Part shown: piece after piece, positions 1 through 7,403 of the stretch
Position numbering within the stretch: the first letter of the stretch is position 1
How the letters are laid out: each line of letters begins with the position of its first letter
From: Planctomycetota bacterium
Lineage (GTDB): Bacteria; Planctomycetota; B15-G4; JADJEK01
Reading direction: 5' to 3'
DNA length: 64,000 bases
Assembly: GCA_044225365.1 (NCBI GenBank)
Contig: JBGAIQ010000001.1
Span: forward strand, 320,001-384,000
Made by a program: the position numbers and the translations under genes
Notes under the pieces: generated by a model
What the model saw: only the letters and a program-made list of their open reading frames with translations
What the model was told of the DNA's origin: nothing
The model's database searches: none

Positions 1-324
1 GTAGCAAGTGAGCGTGAGGAGGAGGCTCGGTACGAAGGTCAGCACCGTGAGGAGGAGCATGACCTTGAGCGGAGCGGAGAGCTCGGAGGGCTTGCGGCCG
101 AGCAGCTCGGTGAGGCTGTCCTTCGCCTCGCCGTTCTCACCTTCGATCGGATCGACGTGGCGCGGTGTCTCGATCGGCGCCGATTCACCCGGGGGGTCGA
201 TGGGGCCGGTCTGCTGCGCGTGGAGCGGCAAGGTGGGGACGAGGATCACGAACGCGATCCACAGGAGGGCCGTGACGCGCCCGAGTCCGGATCGAATCGC
301 GGCGGCGGGGTTCGCGAGGTTCAT
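1..324 (-). CDS. fliP: Flagellar export protein FliP (5' part; runs off window edge)
   Basis: Not in the ORF track. Manual translation from ATG at 324 (ATGA overlap with the fliO stop) gives a signal-like N-terminus, then ELSAPLKVMLLLTVLTFVPSLLLTLTCY, matching FliP TM1. Directly follows fliO. Confidence 0.88.
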   Translation of the reverse strand, partial: MNLANPAAAIRSGLGRVTALLWIAFVILVPTLPLHAQQTGPIDPPGESAPIETPRHVDPIEGENGEAKDSLTELLGRKPSELSAPLKVMLLLTVLTFVPSLLLTLTCY

Positions 325-980
325 CGGCGCGCGTTCCCGAGATTTCCCGCGAGCAGGTGATCGAACGTCGGCTCGCCCTCGATCGCCTTCTCCTCATCGG
401 CCGTGGCGTCGAGCGAAGCATCGATCGAGCGCTCGAAGTCGTTCTGCGGGATCGACGCGAGGAAGTGGACTCCACGCTCCGAATTTCCGAGCAGGAACTT
501 TCGGCCGTCGACGCGGACGAGATGGACGAGACGGCCGGCGCCGAGATGCAGGGTATCGACGAGATGGACCGAGCCGTTGCCCGGCCGAGCGCCCTTCGTC
601 CGCTTCATCAGCAGAGCGGCGCCCGCGAGGAACACGCCGAGCACGCCGCCCGCGATGTACAGGCCACGCATGTCGGGGGTGAAGATGCCGGGCTCGCTAT
701 GCGGCGCCGGCGGATCGTTCTCGGCGTGGCTCGGGTCCGGCTTCGTCGCGGCGTCGGACGGGGCGCTCGATCGAGATTCGAGAGCAGAGAGCGCGGAGTC
801 GATCTTGTCGCTCTTGTCGCTCTTGTTGCCTTGGACCTTCGCGGCATCCGCGGAGGCAGTTTTGCCGAGCGGTTCGGTGATGAGGCCGATCAGCGCGCCG
901 ATCAGGCAAGCCGATGCGAGTAGAAGCACGAAGCGAAGAAGGCCCTTCGGAGAGAGGCCGAAGCGATTCGGAGCCGGCAT
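321..980 (-). CDS. fliO: Flagellar biosynthesis protein FliO
   Basis: TM helix followed by VHLVDTLHLGAGRLVHLVRVDGRKFLLGNSERGVHFL, the FliO cytoplasmic motif; precedes fliP. Confidence 0.85.
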   Translation of the reverse strand: MPAPNRFGLSPKGLLRFVLLLASACLIGALIGLITEPLGKTASADAAKVQGNKSDKSDKIDSALSALESRSSAPSDAATKPDPSHAENDPPAPHSEPGIFTPDMRGLYIAGGVLGVFLAGAALLMKRTKGARPGNGSVHLVDTLHLGAGRLVHLVRVDGRKFLLGNSERGVHFLASIPQNDFERSIDASLDATADEEKAIEGEPTFDHLLAGNLGNARR

Positions 981-1118
981 GTGCGACCGTGTCTCTTTTC
1001 AGGAACGGTCGTGGACATCCATCGTCCGCGGAGCGTTCCGTGGACTCTGGTCGGCAAGAATGGCATCGGGTCTTTACCCGTTCAGGAAGTTTTTTCCGGC
1101 GCTCCTCGAATTCCAACC

Positions 1119-1472
1119 TCAGGACGAGAGGTCGAGATGCGCCCCGACGACCTGGTCGTCGGCGAGGACATCGGGATCGAGGCGCATCAGTTCACAGCGG
1201 ACCTTGTCGCGTTCGTCGAGCATCTCCTCGAGCAGGCGGCGCGTGACGACGCCTGTCTTGTCGATCTCGGCGCGAACCGCGGGATGGGCTCCGTTCGTCG
1301 ATTCGGACCGCGCGAGCAGCCAGGTGGCGTGTTCGAGCCGGTCGAGCGCGGCGGCGACGGCATCGAGATCCTCGGCCGAGGCGACCACGAGCGCCGTGGA
1401 GGCCTCGCGCATCGCGAGGATGACCTCAGACGGAGACGGTGTGTTGCTCTGCGCCGGCTGCGAGGATGACAT
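1119..1472 (-). CDS. Small helical protein, possible FliT-like chaperone
   Basis: 117-aa helical ORF directly after fliD-fliS (the fliDST position) ending in HLDLSS; overlaps the fliS 3' end. Confidence 0.5.
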   Translation of the reverse strand: MSSSQPAQSNTPSPSEVILAMREASTALVVASAEDLDAVAAALDRLEHATWLLARSESTNGAHPAVRAEIDKTGVVTRRLLEEMLDERDKVRCELMRLDPDVLADDQVVGAHLDLSS

Positions 1473-1827
1473 CGAATCCCTCCTTGATCTTCTTCATGAG
1501 TTCGGCCGCCGTCGAGAGCGCGGCGAGATCCGGTGCGACGCCCGGCTTCAGCAGATTCGCGAGCATGAACTCGTAGAGACTGCCGAGGTTCTCGGCGATC
1601 TCGCCACCGGTGTTGCGATCGAGCGCGCCCAGCAACTCGCAGACGATCGCGCGCGCCGTGTTGAGATGAGTGCGATATCCCGCGAGATCGCGGGCCTCGA
1701 CCGCCCGTCGCGCGCGTTCGGCGCGATTCAAGAACCCGTTCATCGTCAGTACGACGAGTCGAAGTGGTGACGCCGTGAGGACGTCGTCGCGCCGGTAGGC
1801 GGCGCTGCCCATCATGTTGTAGCTCAT
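1426..1827 (-). CDS. fliS: Flagellin chaperone FliS
   Basis: AY...VLTASPLRLVVL and ELLGALD...GGEIAENLGSLYEFM motifs; follows fliD. Confidence 0.93.
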   Translation of the reverse strand: MSYNMMGSAAYRRDDVLTASPLRLVVLTMNGFLNRAERARRAVEARDLAGYRTHLNTARAIVCELLGALDRNTGGEIAENLGSLYEFMLANLLKPGVAPDLAALSTAAELMKKIKEGFDVILAAGAEQHTVSV

Positions 1828-1834
1828 GGTCTCC

Positions 1835-3715
1835 TCAGCCCGTGCCGATCTTGACGGCGGCGATGTAGCTCTGCTGCTCTTGCAGCCTTCCGATGATCTG
1901 TTCGAGTGCCGTGAAGCGCTTGCGCAGCAACTCTTCGTACTGGTCGTTGCGCTTCGTGAGTTCGTCGATGCGATCGCTGATGTTGTCGATGTTCTTGCCG
2001 AGGCCGTCGACTCGCGCCGCGATCGGACCGGAGACCGAGGCGAGGACGTTCGTGAGCCGGGCTTTCAGCTTGACGAAGAAACCGTCGGCGCCGAGCGTGA
2101 GCTTCGAGTTCGCGGGCACGGTCGTGCCGGTGTAGCGGAACTCCAGGCCCTTGTAGTCGCTCGTCGAAGTTCCCTTCAACTGCTGCCCGTCCCCGGTGAG
2201 CGCCACGCCGTTGATCGTTCCCGCGGCATCGACGCCTGCGGCATTCACGAGCGTGGTACCGACACCTGACGTTCCAGCACCAGCGGCGACGTTCGATTGG
2301 ACGGAGAACCCGTACTTCGAGCCGAAGGCCGACGCCGTGAACTTGAGGCTGCCGCCGCTGTCCGTGACGTTCAGCGTGAACTTCGCCTTCTGGAGATCGG
2401 TCTGGATCTTCGTCACGGCGTTGGCGAGAGTCGTTCCCGCCGCCAGCGTGATGTCGACGGTCTTGCCGTTCTGCTTGAAGGTGAGCTTCTCCTCTTGCGC
2501 GAGAGTGGCATACGCGGCGCCCGCGGTCGTCGTGGCCTTCGTCGCGACCTGTGTGACCTGGACGTTGTACGTGCCCGAACCCAGGTTGGTCGGCGGCGTG
2601 TAGAGCGTGAAACCGTCGGTGTCGAAGGACTTCCCGAGCTTCGTCATCAGGTTGGTGACGCCGTCGAGGTTGCTCTTCGCCGCGGTCTCGAACTTCGTCT
2701 TGTCGAAGTTGAGCGTGCCGTCCTTGTCCAGGCTGATGCCGATCGAGGCGAGAGTGCTGTTCGAACCGCCGGGCAGGCTCCCCGCCGTCGTGAGCTGGAG
2801 CAAGCCGTTCTTGATGTTCCGCACCGTCGATTCGCCGTTGAACCAGCCGCCCTGGTTGTTCACGGCGGCGATCTGACTGTTGATGAAGCTGACGAGGTCC
2901 GACTGGGAGTCGACGTACTTCTGGATCTTGGTCTCGATCGCGCCGTAGTCGGGATTCAGCGTCACCGTTACGGGGGAGGCGTTCTGGGAGAGGAGATTGA
3001 GCGTCACGCCGGGAACCACGTCGGAAACGACGTTCGACTGGCGGGTGAGCGTGAGACCGTTGATCGAGATCGAGGCGTTCGCGGCGCCCTGGGTCTGACC
3101 GAGTGCGAGCGTCCCGGTGAACGCGGTCGCATCGATCGTGAACGCGTTGTCGGTCCCGGTCTTGTTCGACTGCAGGACGAGCTTGTAGGGCGTGGTGCCC
3201 GTTCCTTCCGACACGATCGTCGCGGTGACGCCGAACTTGGCGTCGTTGATCGCGTCGCGAACCTTCTCGAGCGTGTCCTTGCCCGAGGCGATCGAGATCG
3301 TCGTCGTGGTCGAGCCGATCGTGAACTTGAGGTCGCCCGTGCCGGCCGAGGTCGTCGTGTAGTCGGCGAATCCGGCGCTCGTGCTCACCTGCGCCTTCGC
3401 GAGCGCGTTCACCGCGACGTTGAAGGAGCCGGCCGCCGCAGAACCGCTGGCCGTGGCAGTCAGGATGTTCGTGTTGCTCGAGGTGGCCGAGAACGACAGG
3501 AGGTCCGTGGACTTCGCGATGTCGGAAACCGTGTCCTGGAGGGTCTGGAGCTTTCCCCGAAGCTGTTCGTAGCGCTGCTTCAGACCGGCGAACTGCGAAG
3601 CCTTGTTCTGGAGGAGATCGATCGGCTTCTTGTTGATCGCCGAGAGGGCGGCGATGATCGCCTTGGTGTCGAGGCCGGACGCGATGCCGCCGAAAGAGAT
3701 GGTAGGTTCGGCCAT
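1835..3715 (-). CDS. fliD: Flagellar filament cap FliD
   Basis: N-terminal ISFGGIASGLDTKAII, C-terminal LRKRFTALEQIIGRLQEQQSY; start placed at ATG 3715 (MAEPT). Confidence 0.95.
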   Translation of the reverse strand: MAEPTISFGGIASGLDTKAIIAALSAINKKPIDLLQNKASQFAGLKQRYEQLRGKLQTLQDTVSDIAKSTDLLSFSATSSNTNILTATASGSAAAGSFNVAVNALAKAQVSTSAGFADYTTTSAGTGDLKFTIGSTTTTISIASGKDTLEKVRDAINDAKFGVTATIVSEGTGTTPYKLVLQSNKTGTDNAFTIDATAFTGTLALGQTQGAANASISINGLTLTRQSNVVSDVVPGVTLNLLSQNASPVTVTLNPDYGAIETKIQKYVDSQSDLVSFINSQIAAVNNQGGWFNGESTVRNIKNGLLQLTTAGSLPGGSNSTLASIGISLDKDGTLNFDKTKFETAAKSNLDGVTNLMTKLGKSFDTDGFTLYTPPTNLGSGTYNVQVTQVATKATTTAGAAYATLAQEEKLTFKQNGKTVDITLAAGTTLANAVTKIQTDLQKAKFTLNVTDSGGSLKFTASAFGSKYGFSVQSNVAAGAGTSGVGTTLVNAAGVDAAGTINGVALTGDGQQLKGTSTSDYKGLEFRYTGTTVPANSKLTLGADGFFVKLKARLTNVLASVSGPIAARVDGLGKNIDNISDRIDELTKRNDQYEELLRKRFTALEQIIGRLQEQQSYIAAVKIGTG

Positions 3716-3849
3716 GGGGAGACTTTCCAGTGGAGGGGCCTGCGGCGATGCGGGCGATTTCGAACTTCGAGGCGCGTCGCCTCGGATGCTTCTTCCCATC
3801 GAGCGCCATCCACCGGTGCCCTCGCGGGCTGCGCTCGAGAGATCCGCGA

Positions 3850-3907
3850 GCCGGCGCGAAGAACTCGCGCCGGCCCACGGATGCGGCTCGTGATCGGATC
3901 ACGAGCC
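3850..3907. terminator. Two GC-rich hairpins just downstream of fliC (terminator or mRNA-stabilising structure)
   Basis: GCCGGCGCGA-AGAAC-TCGCGCCGGC (3850-3874) and GGCTCGTGATC-G-GATCACGAGCC (3885-3907); no clear U-tract. Confidence 0.5.
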
Positions 3908-3917
3908 TCGCGGTCGA

Positions 3918-4748
3918 TCAACCACGGAGGAGCGTCAGAGCCGACTGCGGCTGCTGGTTCGCCTGCGCGAGGATCGCGAGCGACGCCTGCTGGATGATCT
4001 GGTTACGGGTCAGGTCGGCCGACTCGTGCGCGACGTCGACGTCACGGATGCGGGATTCCGCGGCCGTGATGTTCTCGATCTGCGTACCGAGGTTCGCGAT
4101 GGCCGAATTGACGCGATTCTCCGCGGCGCCAAGACGAGCGCGGAACGACGACACCGTATCGATGGCGTTGTCGATCGCGGCGAGAGCGGCCGACACGTCG
4201 CCCGTCGAACCGATGTCGATCGAGGCGATGTTGAGGGCGCTCGTACGGACGGAGTCGAGGGTCACGGAGACCGTGTCGACGCCGGACTGCGCGTTCAAGC
4301 CGATGCCGAACTCGACGGACGTGTTGCTGCCGTCGAGGACGTTGATCGAGTTGAACTGGACCTGCTGAGCGATGCGGTCGACTTCCGACACGAGCTGACC
4401 GAGTTCCGACTGGAGCGTGTCCTTGTCGTTGGCCGAGGTCGTATCGCTGTTCGACTGGATCGCGAGCTCGCGCAGACGACCGAGGATGTTCGAAACCTCG
4501 TTCAGACCACCTTCCGCGACCTGCGTGAGCGAGATCGCGTCGTTGGCGTTGCGCGAGGCCTGGTCGAGCGAGCGGATCTGCGCACGCAGACGCTCGCTGA
4601 TGGCCAGACCTGCCGCGTCGTCGGAGGCCGTCGCAATGCGAAGACCGGACGACAAACGCTTGAAGTTGCCCTCGAGGCGGTGCGTCACGCTGGAGAGGTT
4701 CTTCTGAGCCGTCAGCGAGGCGATGTTGTTGTTGATGCGAAGTGACAT
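3918..4748 (-). CDS. fliC: Flagellin (short, 276 aa)
   Basis: MSLRINNNIASL...RLSSGLRIATASDDAAGLAISE and AESRIRDVDVAHE...QANQQPQSALTLLR; start ATG 4748. Confidence 0.98.
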   Translation of the reverse strand: MSLRINNNIASLTAQKNLSSVTHRLEGNFKRLSSGLRIATASDDAAGLAISERLRAQIRSLDQASRNANDAISLTQVAEGGLNEVSNILGRLRELAIQSNSDTTSANDKDTLQSELGQLVSEVDRIAQQVQFNSINVLDGSNTSVEFGIGLNAQSGVDTVSVTLDSVRTSALNIASIDIGSTGDVSAALAAIDNAIDTVSSFRARLGAAENRVNSAIANLGTQIENITAAESRIRDVDVAHESADLTRNQIIQQASLAILAQANQQPQSALTLLRG

Positions 4749-4842
4749 GTTGTTCCCACCTGTCCGCGGCAGCCGACTCGGCGCTGCCAACCCGGAAGTA
4801 GGACGTCCGCTTGACGGCGGTAGCCCAAAGCTTCGACACGGT

Positions 4843-4869
4843 TGTTCGGCGGGAATTTGGACGGCTTGA
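4843..4869 (-). promoter_or_regulatory. Sigma-28 (FliA)-type promoter for fliC
   Basis: Minus strand reads TCAAG-N14-GCCGAACA, about 95 nt upstream of the fliC ATG; consensus TAAA-N15-GCCGATAA. Confidence 0.7.
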
Positions 4870-4931
4870 GGGGACGAATCGCCATTCTCACGACGAGGGT
4901 GGGCGACGGCGAGATTTGCCGCGATACGACT

Positions 4932-4959
4932 TCAGGTCGAGGAAGGCAGCGTTCGATAA
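4932..4959 (+). promoter_or_regulatory. Possible sigma-28-type promoter for motA
   Basis: TCAG-N16-TTCGATAA about 80 nt upstream of motA; weaker match. Confidence 0.35.
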
Positions 4960-5038
4960 GCGAGGACGGCCCCGGATCGATCGCCAGAGCGATAGCCAGA
5001 GCGATCGTTAGAGAAGTGGGGTCGCAAGAGGTTCACCC

Positions 5039-5821
5039 GTGGACAAGTTCTCGCTCATCGGCGCCATTCTCGGCCTCTTCGCCGTCTTCGGCGGCGCGTT
5101 GATGGAAGGTCTCCATTTCGACGCGATCATGATTCCGACTGCCGCGATCATCGTGTACGGCGGAACGATCGGCGCCGTCTTCCTCCAGTCGAGCGCGGAA
5201 GAGGTGAAGTTCGCGCGAACCATGCTGGGGCAGGTATTCAAGGAGAGCAAGCTCGACGCGGAATCGATCCTCGGGGAGATCCTCGAACTGTCGAAGATCG
5301 CGCGCCGCGACGGCATGCTCGCGCTCGAGACGAAACTCGCCACGATCTCCGACCCCTTCCTCGTGAAGGCCCTCGGACTGCTGATCGATGGAGTGGCCAG
5401 TAAGGAACTGCGCGAGCGGCTCGAGATCGCGATGGAGAAGGAAGAGGAGAAATTCGGGGACGCGGCCCGCGTGTACGAGGCGGCCGGTGGTTACGCCCCG
5501 ACGGTCGGGATTCTCGGCGCCGTGCTCGGCCTCATCCACGTCATGAAGTCCCTCGACGATCCCTCGAAGCTCGGTCCCGGTATCGCCGTCGCCTTCGTCG
5601 CGACGATCTACGGGGTCGCGACCGCGAACCTCATCGCGCTGCCGATCGCCGGAAAATTGAAGGCCCGGGGTCGAGCCCTGAAGGCCGCGCAGTCGATGAT
5701 CCTGGAGGGCGTCGCCGGCATCGCCGACGGGCAGCCCACCTCGGCGCTCGAATCCACGCTGCGCTTGATGCTCGGCGATCATGGCGGCGGCAAGCACGAG
5801 GGCGAGAAGAAGGCGGCCTGA
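5039..5821 (+). CDS. motA: Flagellar stator protein MotA
   Basis: ARRDGMLALE torque-residue motif, GYAPTVGILGAVLGLI, GIAVAFVATIYG; GTG start. Confidence 0.96.
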   Translation: MDKFSLIGAILGLFAVFGGALMEGLHFDAIMIPTAAIIVYGGTIGAVFLQSSAEEVKFARTMLGQVFKESKLDAESILGEILELSKIARRDGMLALETKLATISDPFLVKALGLLIDGVASKELRERLEIAMEKEEEKFGDAARVYEAAGGYAPTVGILGAVLGLIHVMKSLDDPSKLGPGIAVAFVATIYGVATANLIALPIAGKLKARGRALKAAQSMILEGVAGIADGQPTSALESTLRLMLGDHGGGKHEGEKKAA

Positions 5822-5847
5822 CGCGGGGATCCCGCAGGAAGTGAGTC

Positions 5848-6576
5848 ATGGCGAGGAAGCACAAGCACGAAGAACACGTGAATCACGAGCGCTGGCTCGT
5901 GTCGTACGCCGACTTCATCACCCTCTTGTTCGCGTTCTTCGTGATCATGTACGCGCTCTCCGAGGTCGACAAGAACAAGCTGAAGAAGTTCGCGAACTCG
6001 GTGCAGTTCGCCTTCGCGCACGTCGGAACGGGCGGCACGCAGGCGATGGGGAAGAACCCGAATCAGAAGAAACCGAACATCATCGGCGATGCGTTTCCCA
6101 AGGGCGAGCGCAGTTCCGATCCGGGTCCGTACGAGAGTCTGCAAGGCGTCGTGAAGTACCTCGAGGAATCGCTCGTGAAGCATTTCCTCAAGGAAGAGAA
6201 GAGCAAGGCCGAGCTCATCGACGATGGAAAGGCCGTGATCGTCCGAATGCCCGTCGAGCGCCTGTTCGCGCCGTCGGGCGCGCAGCTGCGGCCCGACCGC
6301 TATCAGTTCCTGCAGGACCTCGGGTGGTGCATCCTGACCTATCACCTCAAGATCGAGGTGAACAATGAGGTCGAGCTGCCCTTCGGAGATCTCGAGCTCG
6401 GTCAGAACGATCTCGCCTGCCGCCGCGTGAATGCATTGGTGAGCGGGATCTGGAAGTCCAACGTAAGGAACAAGGTGAACATCATCTCGCGGGTGCTCCT
6501 CAAGGAACTGGACGAAGTGAAGCACTCCGAGGCGGAGAACGGTCGCTCGATCGTCGAATTCCGCTTCACGCGCTGA
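5848..6576 (+). CDS. motB: MotB-family stator subunit with degenerate OmpA-like domain
   Basis: HERWLVSYADFITLLFAFFVIMYALS (conserved Asp) follows motA; the C-terminal domain lacks GHTD, NWELS and NRRVE motifs. Confidence 0.85.
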   Translation: MARKHKHEEHVNHERWLVSYADFITLLFAFFVIMYALSEVDKNKLKKFANSVQFAFAHVGTGGTQAMGKNPNQKKPNIIGDAFPKGERSSDPGPYESLQGVVKYLEESLVKHFLKEEKSKAELIDDGKAVIVRMPVERLFAPSGAQLRPDRYQFLQDLGWCILTYHLKIEVNNEVELPFGDLELGQNDLACRRVNALVSGIWKSNVRNKVNIISRVLLKELDEVKHSEAENGRSIVEFRFTR

Positions 6577-6582
6577 GACGAC

Positions 6583-7296
6583 ATGGCGCATCGGACGGAG
6601 GTACGTGATCCCCTGCGCTCGGACCGGCCCTGGTCGTGGCGCGACTTCGTCGTCCTGCTCTATGCGCTGCTGTGGGTCCATCGCGGATTCGCCGATCTCG
6701 ATCGCGTTCACGCGGTGCGCAGCTCGTATGTCGCGCGAGCCGAAGCCGTTTCCGCAAGGGCGGAGCCGGCTCGGAAGCCAAGGATCGCGACGCCGCGGAT
6801 CGTCACTTGCGCGTGGCCATCCGGCGAACGTGTCCCCGAACCGGGCCCGTTCGTGACCCTCGAGGGCGTCATGAAGTTCCTCGAAGAGTCGATCGTGAAG
6901 AACTTCCGCAGGGAAGAGAAGATCAAGGCGCAGCTCATCGACGACGGGAAGGCCGTGATCGTCCGGATGCCCGTCGAGCGACTGTTCGCCCCGTCGGGCG
7001 CGGAGGTCCGAGCGGACCGCCGCCGGTTCCTCGAGGACCTCGGGTGGGTCATCGGGACCTACCGCGTGATGATCGAGGTGGACCATCGAATCGAACTCCC
7101 TCTGGGGGACCCGCAGGTCGGTCAGGACGATCTCACCACGCGGCGCTCGAATGCGGTGGTCCGCGTAATCTCGAAGGCGGACGCAGCGACCGGCGTGAAC
7201 GTCGTCTCCCGGGTCTGCCTCGAGGAATTCGGTGGCGGAAGGCCCGCCGGTGCCGAGCCCAGCCGATCGGTGTTCGAGTTCCGTTTCACGCGCTGA
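6583..7296 (+). CDS. Second MotB-like paralog (divergent TM segment)
   Basis: C-terminal half closely parallels 5848-6576 (identical LIDDGKAVIVRMPVERLFAPSGA, both end EFRFTR); N-terminal WSWRDFVVLLYALLWV aligns to WLVSYADF. Confidence 0.75.
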   Translation: MAHRTEVRDPLRSDRPWSWRDFVVLLYALLWVHRGFADLDRVHAVRSSYVARAEAVSARAEPARKPRIATPRIVTCAWPSGERVPEPGPFVTLEGVMKFLEESIVKNFRREEKIKAQLIDDGKAVIVRMPVERLFAPSGAEVRADRRRFLEDLGWVIGTYRVMIEVDHRIELPLGDPQVGQDDLTTRRSNAVVRVISKADAATGVNVVSRVCLEEFGGGRPAGAEPSRSVFEFRFTR

Positions 7297-7301
7297 GACT
7301 T

Positions 7302-7401
7302 GGCGGCGGCGGCTGCGATCCGTGACCGCCGAAATCGGCGGCGGCGGCTGCGATCCGTGACCGCCGAAATCGGCGGCGGCGGCTGCGATCCGTGACCGCC
7401 G
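7302..7401. repeat. 35-bp tandem repeat (~2.9 copies), REP-like
   Basis: Unit GGCGGCGGCGGCTGCGATCCGTGACCGCCGAAATC at 7302, 7337 and 7372 (partial); fills the gap between convergent genes; junctions form CCGCCG-AAAT-CGGCGG hairpins. Confidence 0.92.
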
Positions 7402-7403
7402 GG

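Noticed and set aside
1824-3997. Long alternative-frame and antisense ORFs over fliD (similar ones over fliF, secDF, sppA and others)
   Set aside because: Arg-rich, motif-free translations expected from stop-codon scarcity in GC-rich coding DNA.
5039-7296. Zorya (ZorAB) defence or ExbBD/TolQR motor
   Set aside because: MotA is normal-sized with flagellar torque residues and no long ZorA tail; it lies in a flagellar cluster with no zorC/D/E.
5848-7296. Degenerate MotB as evidence that the organism lacks peptidoglycan
   Set aside because: Cannot be inferred from one window; a LysM protein is present at 46923-47531 and mur genes were not examined.
7302-7401. 35-bp repeats as a CRISPR array
   Set aside because: Units are directly adjacent with no unique spacers, and there are no cas genes in the window.
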